Shown here: positions 29,530-39,054 of the stretch, one piece after another
Layout: each line of letters starts with the position of its first letter
Position numbering within the stretch: the stretch's first letter is position 1
Assembly (NCBI GenBank): GCA_905479925.1
Contig: CAJQOL010000055.1
Location: forward strand, 9,257-73,256
Reading direction: 5' to 3'
DNA length: 64,000 bases
DNA from: an uncultured Kangiellaceae bacterium
GTDB taxonomy: Bacteria > Pseudomonadota > Gammaproteobacteria > Enterobacterales > Kangiellaceae
The notes under the pieces: generated by a model
Told to the model about the DNA's origin: nothing
What the model saw: the letters and a program-made list of their open reading frames with translations, nothing else
Database searches by the model: none
Program-made: the position numbers and the translations under genes

Positions 29530-31455
29530 CTAGGACTCTCCATCAGTTGGCGCATTAATAACCGATAGTTCATCGTCATCGAATTCTGGTGCTGTCCGTT
29601 CCTTAGTTGCTTCTGGAAGTCCATCTTTAAATTTCGCCCAAGTTAAGTAGCGATGTACGAAACCATCCTCATCAATTCCGATTTCTCCTGAAAGTCCATA
29701 CCAACGATAATTTGGAAACGCTTGCAGTCGACTGATTTGAGGGATTATTTGATAGGCATCATAACCTAAAGCAAATAAGCGACCGTTGCTGTCTTTTAAA
29801 ATTTCAGTGGCAATCTCGGATATATTCGTTCGTGTATCCAACATATCTTCTTGCTGAGAAATATAAAGCGGGATATCAGAAAACTCAACTCCGTCAAGCT
29901 CATTGTCTAGCTGCGGCGCAGGACGCCCAGAATAGATTCGAGAAGTCGAAATAACCGGTAGGTCGAGTGCAAAATAAAAATCAATAAACGGTTTTATACG
30001 ACGACCTTCTTTGGGTTTGGAAAGCATAAAAATAAAATCGGCATCTTGACGTCGTCTCATTTCATAGACGATATTTCGACCAAGCATTCGCTCGAGTTTT
30101 GCTTTTCGAGTGATACTTGAGTCTACTCCAAGTAGCTTTTGAACTTTCTTGTCGAGGTTCTTAATATCATCATATTGTTGGCTATCAATTACTTCGCCTC
30201 CAAGTTGTTCAAAATAGTCTTTAAAGGCTATTCTTGCGCGTTCGCCGCGGGAGTCATTTGATACAAAAGCTATTCCTTTGCGAAATCCATTTTCCCAAGC
30301 TCTATGAGCTGCTTGAACGGCTTCATCTTCAATAGATAATACAAATTGAAATGCCATTGGGTGTGAGGTTTCTTGGTTAGAGCTGTTAAGAAATAGCGAT
30401 GGAATTGCTAGCGCTTCTTGCTGAATGATTTCGTCAATAGCCTTTTTATTAAGAGGGCCAATAACAAAGTCGGCACCGTCCTCGATCGCTTTTTGATAGC
30501 TAGAAAGACCCGAGTAAGATTGTGCCGTATCGTAAAACGCAATTGATGGAATTTCTAACGTGTTGTTGGTTTGGTAATGAGCTGCAACAATGCCGTCGTG
30601 AACCATTTTACCTTGTTTGGCAAAACGTCCGCTGAGAGGAAGCAGTACGGCTATTTTGTTAGGCGCAATAGTGTCAATGCTAGATAAGCGCTGTAAAGAT
30701 TTTGGCTGCACCACCATGGCAGGGTGTAAAGGGTATCTTTCTTTCCAAAGAGCCATTTCTTTGAGTAGCTTATCTGGGCGCTGACCCCACATCTGGTTGA
30801 TTTGAACAATTTCAAGCCAGCCATTTAAGCGTTGCGAGTTAAAATCTGAAATAACTTGTTGTAAAAATTCGGGACTCATTTGGTTAATAGCATCCCATAT
30901 TTTTTGATTATTTAAAGCTAGGAGTTCAGGCTCGTCAATAAGATCATCCAGCCCAATTCGCTGCTTAGCGGCTTCAAAATAATTATTATTGGCAAAATAG
31001 CCGTCAGATAGCGATTGGAAGTATCTTATTTGCCATTTGATAGAATGGTTGCTTGCTGACGAAATCGACAACAGTTGAGAAAGCGAGGCCCGATGTTGTT
31101 CGACTCTCTTTTCTTCAATTTCCTTAGCAGCTTCGGATAACAAGGCTTCCCCGTAGAACAAGTGATAAGTGTCTTTTTGATTAACGTTTAAGTAGCGGGC
31201 ATCAATTCGGACTAATAATTCCAGTGCTTTATCTGTGCGTAAGTCATCGATCAATAAGCCCGCTGCTTGCACAAGTAACGGATGCTTGGTACTTGGCTCC
31301 GCGTTCGCTGCGGTCTTCAGAATGCTATCCACATCGGCGCTAGTAGCCGCAAATTCATTTGCTTGGCGCTTGCTCGCACTACCGCAAGCTAATAAGCTCA
31401 GCAATATCAGGCTGACGCAAACAAATTTACTGATTTGAGTGATATAATTATTCAT
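29530..31455 (-). CDS. lpoA: Penicillin-binding protein 1A activator LpoA (lipoprotein)
   Basis: 641 aa. Lipobox LLACGS, a TPR-like N-terminal half and a periplasmic-binding-protein-like C-terminal half. Divergent from rsmI, as in E. coli and Pseudomonas. Confidence 0.8.
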   Translation of the reverse strand: MNNYITQISKFVCVSLILLSLLACGSASKRQANEFAATSADVDSILKTAANAEPSTKHPLLVQAAGLLIDDLRTDKALELLVRIDARYLNVNQKDTYHLFYGEALLSEAAKEIEEKRVEQHRASLSQLLSISSASNHSIKWQIRYFQSLSDGYFANNNYFEAAKQRIGLDDLIDEPELLALNNQKIWDAINQMSPEFLQQVISDFNSQRLNGWLEIVQINQMWGQRPDKLLKEMALWKERYPLHPAMVVQPKSLQRLSSIDTIAPNKIAVLLPLSGRFAKQGKMVHDGIVAAHYQTNNTLEIPSIAFYDTAQSYSGLSSYQKAIEDGADFVIGPLNKKAIDEIIQQEALAIPSLFLNSSNQETSHPMAFQFVLSIEDEAVQAAHRAWENGFRKGIAFVSNDSRGERARIAFKDYFEQLGGEVIDSQQYDDIKNLDKKVQKLLGVDSSITRKAKLERMLGRNIVYEMRRRQDADFIFMLSKPKEGRRIKPFIDFYFALDLPVISTSRIYSGRPAPQLDNELDGVEFSDIPLYISQQEDMLDTRTNISEIATEILKDSNGRLFALGYDAYQIIPQISRLQAFPNYRWYGLSGEIGIDEDGFVHRYLTWAKFKDGLPEATKERTAPEFDDDELSVINAPTDGES

Positions 31456-31541
31456 ACGCTTAACTCTTGTATAAGGGAGAATCGATTTTGTAATGTCGAA
31501 AAACTCCCAGCAACTATCTATTCATTTTAAAGGCTTACAAT

Positions 31542-32429
31542 ATGTCCGACGGTGTTAGCAGAGACAAAAACCACCAGTATGATGAAACTCCCTCTAATAC
31601 ACCGGAAGGTACACTCTACGTGGTCGCTACGCCAATTGGAAATCTTGATGACGTAAGTGATCGTATGCGTCACACTTTAGGTCGTGTAAACCGGATCGCC
31701 GCGGAAGATACGCGGAGAACTAAGCAATTATTATCGCATATTGGTGTTGATACGCCATGTTTTTCGTTTCATGATCATAACGAAAGACAAAAGCTTGACT
31801 GGATAGTTCAAATGTTAAAGTCAGGTGAATCTTTAGCCTTGGTATCTGACGCAGGCACTCCGCTTATCAGTGACCCTGGTTACTCTTTAGTTAGAGCGCT
31901 TCGACAACAATCTTTGAAAGTTGTCTCGGTACCTGGACCATGTGCGTTAGTGGCTGCTCTTTCTATCGCGGGGCTTCCTAGTGACCGGTTTGTATTTGAA
32001 GGTTTTTTGCCTAATAAATCTTCCGCTCGACTCTCTTACCTGCAAAAAATGGCGCATGAAACCTCAACTACGATATTTTATGAGTCTTCACACCGTATTC
32101 GAGCATGTATAGAGGACATGTCCACTATTTTTGATAGTGACCGACAAATAGTGATTGCGAGGGAACTGACCAAAACGTTTGAGACTGTGTTGCAAGGTAA
32201 CGCTGAGTCGTTATTGGAAACCTTAAGAAATGATCCAAATCAAAGTAAAGGTGAGTTTGTCGTTTTGGTAGGGGGCGAAAAGCCGCAATTGGATGAGCTT
32301 TCACCAGATGTAACGCAACTGGCCAAAACACTGTCAGAGCATTTGCCTAAAAAGCTGGCGGCCAAGATTACCTCGGAGACCTTTACCGTTAAGAAAAAGC
32401 CTATTTACGAGTTTTTATTGGAGCAATAG
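31542..32429 (+). CDS. rsmI: 16S rRNA (cytidine1402-2'-O)-methyltransferase RsmI
   Basis: LYVVATPIGNLDDVS, AEDTRRT and SDAGTPLISDPG motifs of the tetrapyrrole-methylase-like RsmI. Confidence 0.93.
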   Translation: MSDGVSRDKNHQYDETPSNTPEGTLYVVATPIGNLDDVSDRMRHTLGRVNRIAAEDTRRTKQLLSHIGVDTPCFSFHDHNERQKLDWIVQMLKSGESLALVSDAGTPLISDPGYSLVRALRQQSLKVVSVPGPCALVAALSIAGLPSDRFVFEGFLPNKSSARLSYLQKMAHETSTTIFYESSHRIRACIEDMSTIFDSDRQIVIARELTKTFETVLQGNAESLLETLRNDPNQSKGEFVVLVGGEKPQLDELSPDVTQLAKTLSEHLPKKLAAKITSETFTVKKKPIYEFLLEQ

Positions 32430-32612
32430 GCTAAAACGGCTGCTTTTTCAGATGGTTTCAGGCAATTTAAGGCGGTATCGCGCTGTTTTTACAAAAACTT
32501 TACTCTGCGTCGGTATTTTTATTGGTAGCATGATAAAAGGTAGTAATCTGTTGTTTGATATAACTAATTATTTAACAGCAAACGAGATCGAATTTAACTG
32601 GGAAGAGGCTGA

Positions 32613-33332
32613 GTGACTAATTCAATGCAGAAATCACAAACACTTTTGATCGTAGAAGATGAAGAAGCAATTAGAACGGGACTTGTTGATGTGTTTGTTT
32701 ATCACGGTTTTGAAGTAGACTTTGCGGTCGACGGTTTGGAAGGTTTAGAAAAGGCGATAGGCGGGAACTATAGTTTAATATTGCTTGATGTGATGTTGCC
32801 ATCCATGAATGGTTTTGATATCTGCAAGGCCATTAGAGAACAGGACAAATCACAACCGATTATCATGCTAACGGCAAAAACCGCCGATGAAGATATTATT
32901 CAGGGACTTACATTGGGCGCCGACGATTACGTCGCTAAACCTTTTTCAGTTGCTCAATTGGTTTTGCGTGTTCAAGCGGTGCTTCGTCGCTCCGCTGAGT
33001 CCCAAGACTCAAACGAAATCATTAAACTTGATTCAAAACGAGAAATCGATGTGGCGCATCTATGTATTAAAGGAGAGGGGATAAACAACTCGTTTACCCG
33101 ACGCGAAATGCAGGTTATAGAATACTTACACCAGAATAATAGTCGGCCGGTTTCGAGAGAAGAATTGCTAACTAAAATTTGGGGTTACCGTCCGGATATG
33201 GATATTGAGACTAGAACGGTCGACATACATATCGCAAAAATCAGAAAGAAAATCGAGTTTAACCCTAAAGAGCCTAGCTATTTGCAGACCGTACGGGGCG
33301 CGGGTTATAAATTGTTGTCTCAAGTAGATTAA
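32613..33332 (+). CDS. OmpR/PhoB-family response regulator
   Basis: REC domain (LIVEDEE, LLDVMLP, LTAK, KPF) plus a winged-helix Trans_reg_C domain (TVDIHIAKIRKKI, VRGAGYKL). GTG start 4-5 nt after GGAAGAGG. Confidence 0.9.
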   Translation: MTNSMQKSQTLLIVEDEEAIRTGLVDVFVYHGFEVDFAVDGLEGLEKAIGGNYSLILLDVMLPSMNGFDICKAIREQDKSQPIIMLTAKTADEDIIQGLTLGADDYVAKPFSVAQLVLRVQAVLRRSAESQDSNEIIKLDSKREIDVAHLCIKGEGINNSFTRREMQVIEYLHQNNSRPVSREELLTKIWGYRPDMDIETRTVDIHIAKIRKKIEFNPKEPSYLQTVRGAGYKLLSQVD

Positions 33333-33334
33333 CG

Positions 33335-35419
33335 ATGAGAAGAGTCTCTTTAACTCAAATGCGATGGGGTTTTCTAGCGTTCTTTCTCGCTTTGGCAATT
33401 CCCGCAACTTTACTTAGTTTAAAAGCGCATCAACAAATTCGCTGGCAAATTATTCATCAATATCAAAAAGAAGCTGAAAGGTTAGTGGCTAGAATTGACA
33501 CTCAAATAGGTGATGCGATAAGGAAGGAGGAGTTACGCTCCGATACTGATTATACGTTCTTTGTATTAGCTGGAACCCCGGAATCTCGATTTATTCAGCG
33601 CTCAGAACTATCAAAATTTCCGGTTGAATCTCCATTAGGCGGAATAATCGGTTATTTCCAAATTGATGAAAATGGAAGTTTTAGCACGCCTATTTTACCG
33701 TCAGAACATGTTCAGTCCGAAGTACAGCCACGCCTATACGGCATTAGCCAAGCTGAAAATCAAAAAAGAAAAATGCTGGAAAAACAAGTTCAGCAAATAC
33801 TGTTTGATAACAGACTTGTTGATGTATCTGAATTGAAAGCGACCTCAAAAACTGAGGAGACCATTGGTGCCGCTAACAAGAAAAGTGGGTCAGAAGAGTC
33901 TGTTGCCGTTGAAAGAAGTATTAACCAAACGTCTACACTTAATGATGACCTGCAGTCAGATGAAACTGTCGTAGTGACTGGAAGTCGAATGAAAAGGGAG
34001 CAAGTTGATGATGCCCTACAAGAAAAAAAATCACAAGCTAAAGTTGCGGAGAAACAAGCTGTAGCTCCAAAAAGTCGGCAGCCTAGTAATTATCTTGCAG
34101 AACAACTTAAGTCAAAACAAACAAAAGGATACTCTCAAAGCGCCGACGAAAACGATTTATTAACAAAGAGACGTTCCCGTAAGGAGAGTAATTATAGTCC
34201 GCAGCAGTCGCTCTATGAGCAAGAATCTTCTCGTCCAGTTGAGCGCGATAAGATTGAAATTAAATTATTTGAAAGTGAAATTGAACCATTTCGATTTGAG
34301 CGTCTAGAAAGCGGGCATTTTGTAGCCTATAGGCAAGTTTGGCAAAACTCCACTCGACTAATTCAAGGGGCTGTATTTTCGGCAGAGGATTTTGTCAATG
34401 ACGCTGTTTTGCCAAGTTATAAGGCTTCATCTTTATTCGCCGTCGCAGGAATGTCTGTTCGTTATGGCCAACAAACTGTCTCTAGTTTTGGAACGCCTGC
34501 TGCCTCTTATTCGAACAATACTTGGTTAGACGAGTTGGATGCCATTGCATCCATTAAGTTGTCGGCGCCTTTTGATCAGCTTGCCCTAGAATTTCGTTTG
34601 GTAGAGGCGCCTACAGGCTCTGCAACAGGGTTTGTTAATCTTGTGACGGTTTGTCTGTTAATCGTTTTGACGTTTGGTATTTGGTTACTTTATCGATTGG
34701 CTATAAAACAGGCCGATCTAGTGGAACAACAACAGGATTTTGTTTCCTCGGTTAGTCACGAACTAAAAACTCCATTAACGTCTATTCGAATGTATGGAGA
34801 GATCTTGCGTGAAGGGTGGGTCAATGACGAAAAGCGCAAAGAGTATTATGACTACATTTACACGGAATCAGAAAGGTTGTCTCGATTAATTTCTAATGTC
34901 CTACAAATATCCAAAGTTAATCATAACGCGCTTGATTTAGAATTATTACCGGTCTCGGTAGCTGAGCTCGCGAACATGATGAAATCTAAGTTGGATTCGC
35001 AAGTGGCGCAAAGCGCATTTTCTATGAATATTTCTGTTGCCCCGGAATTGAAAGCGACTGTTATTCAAGTTGATAGCGATGCGTTGTTGCAGGTTATGAT
35101 TAACTTAGTTGATAACTCGATTAAATATGCGAATAAAGCCGACCTCAAGCAGATTGATATTGATTTTCAGGTGAGCCGACGAAGGGATGTGATTATATCA
35201 ATCAGAGATTATGGTCCAGGAATCGCCAAAGATCAGTTAAATAAAATATTTGAGCTGTTTTATCGCTGCGGAAGTGAGATGACCAGAGAAGTTCAGGGCA
35301 CCGGAATTGGGTTAGCACTGGTTCGCGAACTGACGACGGCAATGAATGCAAAAATTGAAGCAATTAACCATCAACCAGGGGTAGAATTTAAAATACGGTT
35401 TTCAGCCTCCGATCATTGA
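33335..35419 (+). CDS. Sensor histidine kinase with a ~400-aa predicted periplasmic region
   Basis: 694 aa with TM helices at aa 12-29 and ~432-453. H-box SHELKTPLTSI, N-box LVDNSIKYA, and G-boxes DYGPGI and GTGIGLALV. Starts 2 nt after the regulator stop. Confidence 0.9.
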   Translation: MRRVSLTQMRWGFLAFFLALAIPATLLSLKAHQQIRWQIIHQYQKEAERLVARIDTQIGDAIRKEELRSDTDYTFFVLAGTPESRFIQRSELSKFPVESPLGGIIGYFQIDENGSFSTPILPSEHVQSEVQPRLYGISQAENQKRKMLEKQVQQILFDNRLVDVSELKATSKTEETIGAANKKSGSEESVAVERSINQTSTLNDDLQSDETVVVTGSRMKREQVDDALQEKKSQAKVAEKQAVAPKSRQPSNYLAEQLKSKQTKGYSQSADENDLLTKRRSRKESNYSPQQSLYEQESSRPVERDKIEIKLFESEIEPFRFERLESGHFVAYRQVWQNSTRLIQGAVFSAEDFVNDAVLPSYKASSLFAVAGMSVRYGQQTVSSFGTPAASYSNNTWLDELDAIASIKLSAPFDQLALEFRLVEAPTGSATGFVNLVTVCLLIVLTFGIWLLYRLAIKQADLVEQQQDFVSSVSHELKTPLTSIRMYGEILREGWVNDEKRKEYYDYIYTESERLSRLISNVLQISKVNHNALDLELLPVSVAELANMMKSKLDSQVAQSAFSMNISVAPELKATVIQVDSDALLQVMINLVDNSIKYANKADLKQIDIDFQVSRRRDVIISIRDYGPGIAKDQLNKIFELFYRCGSEMTREVQGTGIGLALVRELTTAMNAKIEAINHQPGVEFKIRFSASDH

Positions 35420-35593
35420 TAAAACGCTTATTTATGAGTTCTTTCCACTATATTCACTTATCCAAGTGTGTATTTCCTAATTATTGCTAAAAAAAGCCAC
35501 TTTTAGTGCGATCTTAGTGTTTGTTTAGTAGCAACAGACAGTCAGTTTTGTTATCATGCCCCGCCTAAATTTTGAGCAAAAGAGGAAAGTTGA

Positions 35594-36397
35594 GTGGATC
35601 GTGCGGAATTAGAGTTACAGTTAGAGGTTTGGAAAGACCTTGCAATTAGCAAGCAAATGTTAATTGGAGCCGCGGCTGACGCTCTTGGAATTAATTCTGA
35701 TTGCAGCATGGAAGAGATCAAAGCTGCGTTCGAGAATGCCACATTGCGTGCTACTCAAGCTGACGCTATTGTCGCTAAAGCTAAAGAAGAGGCTGATACT
35801 GCTATTGCTGAAATGCAAGCGAAAGTAAAAGTTGCTGATGCTGCTCGTGTTGCAGCCGAAGAAAGCGCTTTAGAAGCTAAGAATGCTCACCTTGCCGCTG
35901 ACCAACGAGTTGATGCGGGAAGAGAAGCTAATTCCGATGCTCTTAAGAAAGCTAACGCGCAAATCGTTGAGCGAGATAAAACACTTAAGCAAATCAAGAA
36001 GGTATTAGCAGACTCTCCGGAGAATGTCGTCAAAAAACTCAAGGTCCTTAAGAAAGAGAAAATGGACGAGTCTAATGCTAGAAAAAAAGCCGAAGAAGAT
36101 GCGAGAAAGCAACGCAAAGACAAACAAAAATCAGAGCAAGAACTAAAGGACCTGGAAAGCACACTAGAACAATGTGCTAGCTTAGTTGAGAAAACTCGAG
36201 AGTTAAAGACGTTTAGTGAAGCTCAATATGACCAGTTAAAAGATCTAGTCGAAGATTCAAGCAAGTTGGAAAAGACGCCAAAATTGGATGAAGAGCTTCT
36301 TGAAAGCATTGAAAAGTTAGCAGGTAAGGAAGAAGAAGAAAAACCTGCAGCTAAAGCTAAATCTAAAACGACCAAAAAGCGAGCTAAGAAAAAGTAG
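35594..36397 (+). CDS. Hypothetical coiled-coil protein with a Lys-rich histone H1-like C-terminal tail
   Basis: 267 aa. GTG start after AGAGGAAAG. Long A/E/K-rich helical sequence ending KPAAKAKSKTTKKRAKKK. A strong terminator follows directly. Confidence 0.6.
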   Translation: MDRAELELQLEVWKDLAISKQMLIGAAADALGINSDCSMEEIKAAFENATLRATQADAIVAKAKEEADTAIAEMQAKVKVADAARVAAEESALEAKNAHLAADQRVDAGREANSDALKKANAQIVERDKTLKQIKKVLADSPENVVKKLKVLKKEKMDESNARKKAEEDARKQRKDKQKSEQELKDLESTLEQCASLVEKTRELKTFSEAQYDQLKDLVEDSSKLEKTPKLDEELLESIEKLAGKEEEEKPAAKAKSKTTKKRAKKK

Positions 36398-36418
36398 TTT
36401 TGTGTATGGTTATGAACT

Positions 36419-36447
36419 AAAGGTTGCCAAGGGCAGCCTTTTTTTTT
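36419..36447 (+). terminator. Rho-independent terminator
   Basis: AAGGTTGCC-aag-GGCAGCCTT forms 9 bp with one G-T wobble, followed by a T9 run. Confidence 0.85.
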
Positions 36448-36466
36448 GCTTCAAGTAAAGTATAAC

Positions 36467-36495
36467 TCGATTCTAAATTTGCTTGTTGTTAAAAT
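36467..36495 (+). promoter_or_regulatory. Candidate rnpB promoter
   Basis: TAAAAT at 36490-36495 lies about 7 nt before the predicted mature 5' end. The -35 element TCGATT, 17 nt upstream, is weak. Confidence 0.4.
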
Positions 36496-36500
36496 ACCCG

Positions 36501-36872
<372 letters not shown>

Positions 36873-37121
36873 ATTTTTAGCTCCTGCTTGTGCTGGTTCT
36901 TTGGCCAAGTCTATTCTTTGAGCTATGCTTTTCTCAAAATTATATCTCCAACCGAGTTAAATCTAATTATTGAGTTTAAACTTAATGTATTACTTTAACT
37001 TTATATCTTAACCTTTTGAATTTATTCCCATTCATTTTTCTGCCTAAAGCTACTTATAACAAAATGCGCTAAGTCCTTGTCCTGTAAGCATAAATTAGCG
37101 ATTTTAACGGTGGCTTTTTGC

Positions 37122-37151
37122 TTGACAAAGCACCGTATCACTACCTATAGT
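37122..37151 (+). promoter_or_regulatory. Pmra-like sigma70 promoter of the dcw cluster
   Basis: TTGACA (37122-37127), 18-nt spacer, TATAGT (37146-37151), about 120 bp upstream of mraZ. Confidence 0.6.
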
Positions 37152-37169
37152 GCACAGTAGTGGAGAAAA

Positions 37170-37195
37170 GTGTCGTTTTGTGTCGTTTTGTGTCG
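37170..37195 (+). promoter_or_regulatory. Three 10-bp-phased direct repeats GTGTCG(TTTT), a putative MraZ operator
   Basis: GTGTCG occurs at 37170, 37180 and 37190, just downstream of the promoter -10. The architecture matches the three phased direct repeats bound by E. coli MraZ. Confidence 0.6.
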
Positions 37196-37270
37196 TATCA
37201 AAGATTTTTTATCGTTTGAGCGACATTGCTGGCCAAAACTTAGGGTAATCCCCAAAACAGGATTAAAAAA

Positions 37271-37726
37271 GTGTTTCGCGGAGCAAATTCAATCAATTTA
37301 GATTCAAAAGGGCGCATTGCTATACCAGCAAAGTATCGCCCAAGCATTACTGAATCTAGTGCTTCCCACTTAATTGTCACCTGTGACCCCTATGATAACT
37401 GCTTACTAATATTCACACTAGAACATTGGGAAGGCACTGAATCTGATCTCCAATCTCTCTCCAACTCGAAACCTCTCCACAGACGGTTAAAAAGAACCAT
37501 GTTATCTCACGCAACGGAAGTTGACATGGATGCAAGCGGACGCTTATTGATTCCTAGTGTGCTCCGGGAGCGCGCTAAGTTATCTAAAGACGTCATGTTA
37601 ATAGGTCAGGGCAAAACTTTTCAACTATGGGATGAATCATCCTGGCATCAATTGGTTGAAGAAGATATGACAGTGTTATCTAGTGAAGAGCTGGATAGCG
37701 ACGACTTACCCGATTTATATTACTAA
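37271..37726 (+). CDS. mraZ: Transcriptional regulator MraZ
   Basis: GTG start. MFRGANSINLDSKGRIAIPAKYR parallels E. coli [23 protein letters not shown]. A second DxxxR half (DASGRLLIP) is present. Confidence 0.95.
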   Translation: MFRGANSINLDSKGRIAIPAKYRPSITESSASHLIVTCDPYDNCLLIFTLEHWEGTESDLQSLSNSKPLHRRLKRTMLSHATEVDMDASGRLLIPSVLRERAKLSKDVMLIGQGKTFQLWDESSWHQLVEEDMTVLSSEELDSDDLPDLYY

Positions 37727-37741
37727 GAAGCTGAACAGTCG

Positions 37742-38671
37742 ATGGATACTAAAAAGCCACATATAACTGTTTTGTTAAATGAAGCAGTCGACGGACTTAA
37801 TGTAAAGCCTGACGGTATTTACTTGGACGCGACCTATGGTCGTGGTGGTCATAGCCAATTAATTTTATCCAAGCTCGGTGAAAATGGCCGGTTAATTGCG
37901 ATAGATAGGGATCTTCAAGCGGCGGAAAATGCGAAACAAAATAAAGATGATCCACGGTTTAGCTTTTTTCATCAGGATTTTGCCAGCATTAAGACGCTTT
38001 TGGGTCAGCAAGATTTGTTAAAAAAGGTAGACGGCATATTGCTTGATCTAGGCGTGTCATCACCACAATTAGATCAGGCTGAAAGAGGGTTTAGCTTTCA
38101 AAAAGATGGTCCTTTAGATATGCGAATGGATCGTTCTAAGGGGATGTCGGCAGCAGAATGGGTAAACGAAGCTTCTGTAGAGGATATGAAGAAAGTTTTT
38201 AAGGAATATGGTGAAGAGAAATTTGCATTGAGAATAGCTAGAGGGATTGAGACCGCTAGAAAAATTAAGCCGATTTCAAGAACAATTGAACTTGCCGAGA
38301 TAGTTGACCGAGCGTGTCCGGTAAAAGATAAGTTTAAACATCCGGCTACTCGAACTTTCCAAGCGATTCGTATTTTTATCAATGATGAGCTAGGGCAATT
38401 GAAAGAAACCCTTGAAAACATGTTTGATTTGTTGTCCGAAGGTGGTCGTATGTCAATCATCAGTTTTCATTCATTAGAAGATCGCATGGTAAAGCGATTT
38501 ATTAAAGAGCAATCGCGAGGAACTTCGTTGCCAAAGGAAATTCCGATAACTGAAGATCAAAAGAACATTAAGTTTCAAAAAATAGGTAAAGCGATTAAGG
38601 CCTCAAACGAAGAGGTGAGTTTAAATCCTCGTTCGCGAAGCGCAGTTTTGCGTATAGCGCAGAAGTGCTAG
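37742..38671 (+). CDS. rsmH: 16S rRNA (cytosine1402-N4)-methyltransferase RsmH
   Basis: [41 protein letters not shown]. Confidence 0.95.
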   Translation: MDTKKPHITVLLNEAVDGLNVKPDGIYLDATYGRGGHSQLILSKLGENGRLIAIDRDLQAAENAKQNKDDPRFSFFHQDFASIKTLLGQQDLLKKVDGILLDLGVSSPQLDQAERGFSFQKDGPLDMRMDRSKGMSAAEWVNEASVEDMKKVFKEYGEEKFALRIARGIETARKIKPISRTIELAEIVDRACPVKDKFKHPATRTFQAIRIFINDELGQLKETLENMFDLLSEGGRMSIISFHSLEDRMVKRFIKEQSRGTSLPKEIPITEDQKNIKFQKIGKAIKASNEEVSLNPRSRSAVLRIAQKC

Positions 38672-38673
38672 CT

Positions 38674-39036
38674 ATGAAGGATAAAAAGAGCAAGGCAAGA
38701 GCAAAGCGCACCAAAAATGGACAGAGTGGGACAACACCATCTTTGATAAAAGTGTTGTTTGTCGATGTGTTTGCAAAACATTGGTTAGTTGCTCTGCTAT
38801 CGACTTTGGTGGTTTTTTCTGCCATGTATCAGGCTAAAACTAGCCACGATACAAGGCGAGCAGTTGCAGAATCACAAAAATTGAGAGAGACGCAACAAAA
38901 GTTGGAGATTGATGGTCAGTCTCTGCGCCTTGAAATAACTAGCTTGACAGAAGCGGATAGAATTTCAAGCTTGGCTAAAAAACAACTAGATATGATTGAA
39001 GTGACAACAAATAACGAAAAAATTATTACTCTTTAG
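38674..39036 (+). CDS. ftsL: Cell division protein FtsL
   Basis: About 120 aa bitopic protein with a TM helix (WLVALLSTLVVFSAMY) followed by a coiled coil. Position between rsmH and ftsI. A GTG at 38665 is an alternative start. Confidence 0.8.
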   Translation: MKDKKSKARAKRTKNGQSGTTPSLIKVLFVDVFAKHWLVALLSTLVVFSAMYQAKTSHDTRRAVAESQKLRETQQKLEIDGQSLRLEITSLTEADRISSLAKKQLDMIEVTTNNEKIITL

Positions 39037-39054
39037 GACATTGGAAAAATTATT

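Noticed and set aside
37170-37197. GTGTCGTTTT repeats, considered as a CRISPR fragment or microsatellite.
   Set aside because: Only three contiguous 10-bp units with no spacers and no cas genes. Their position right after the dcw promoter fits an MraZ operator instead.
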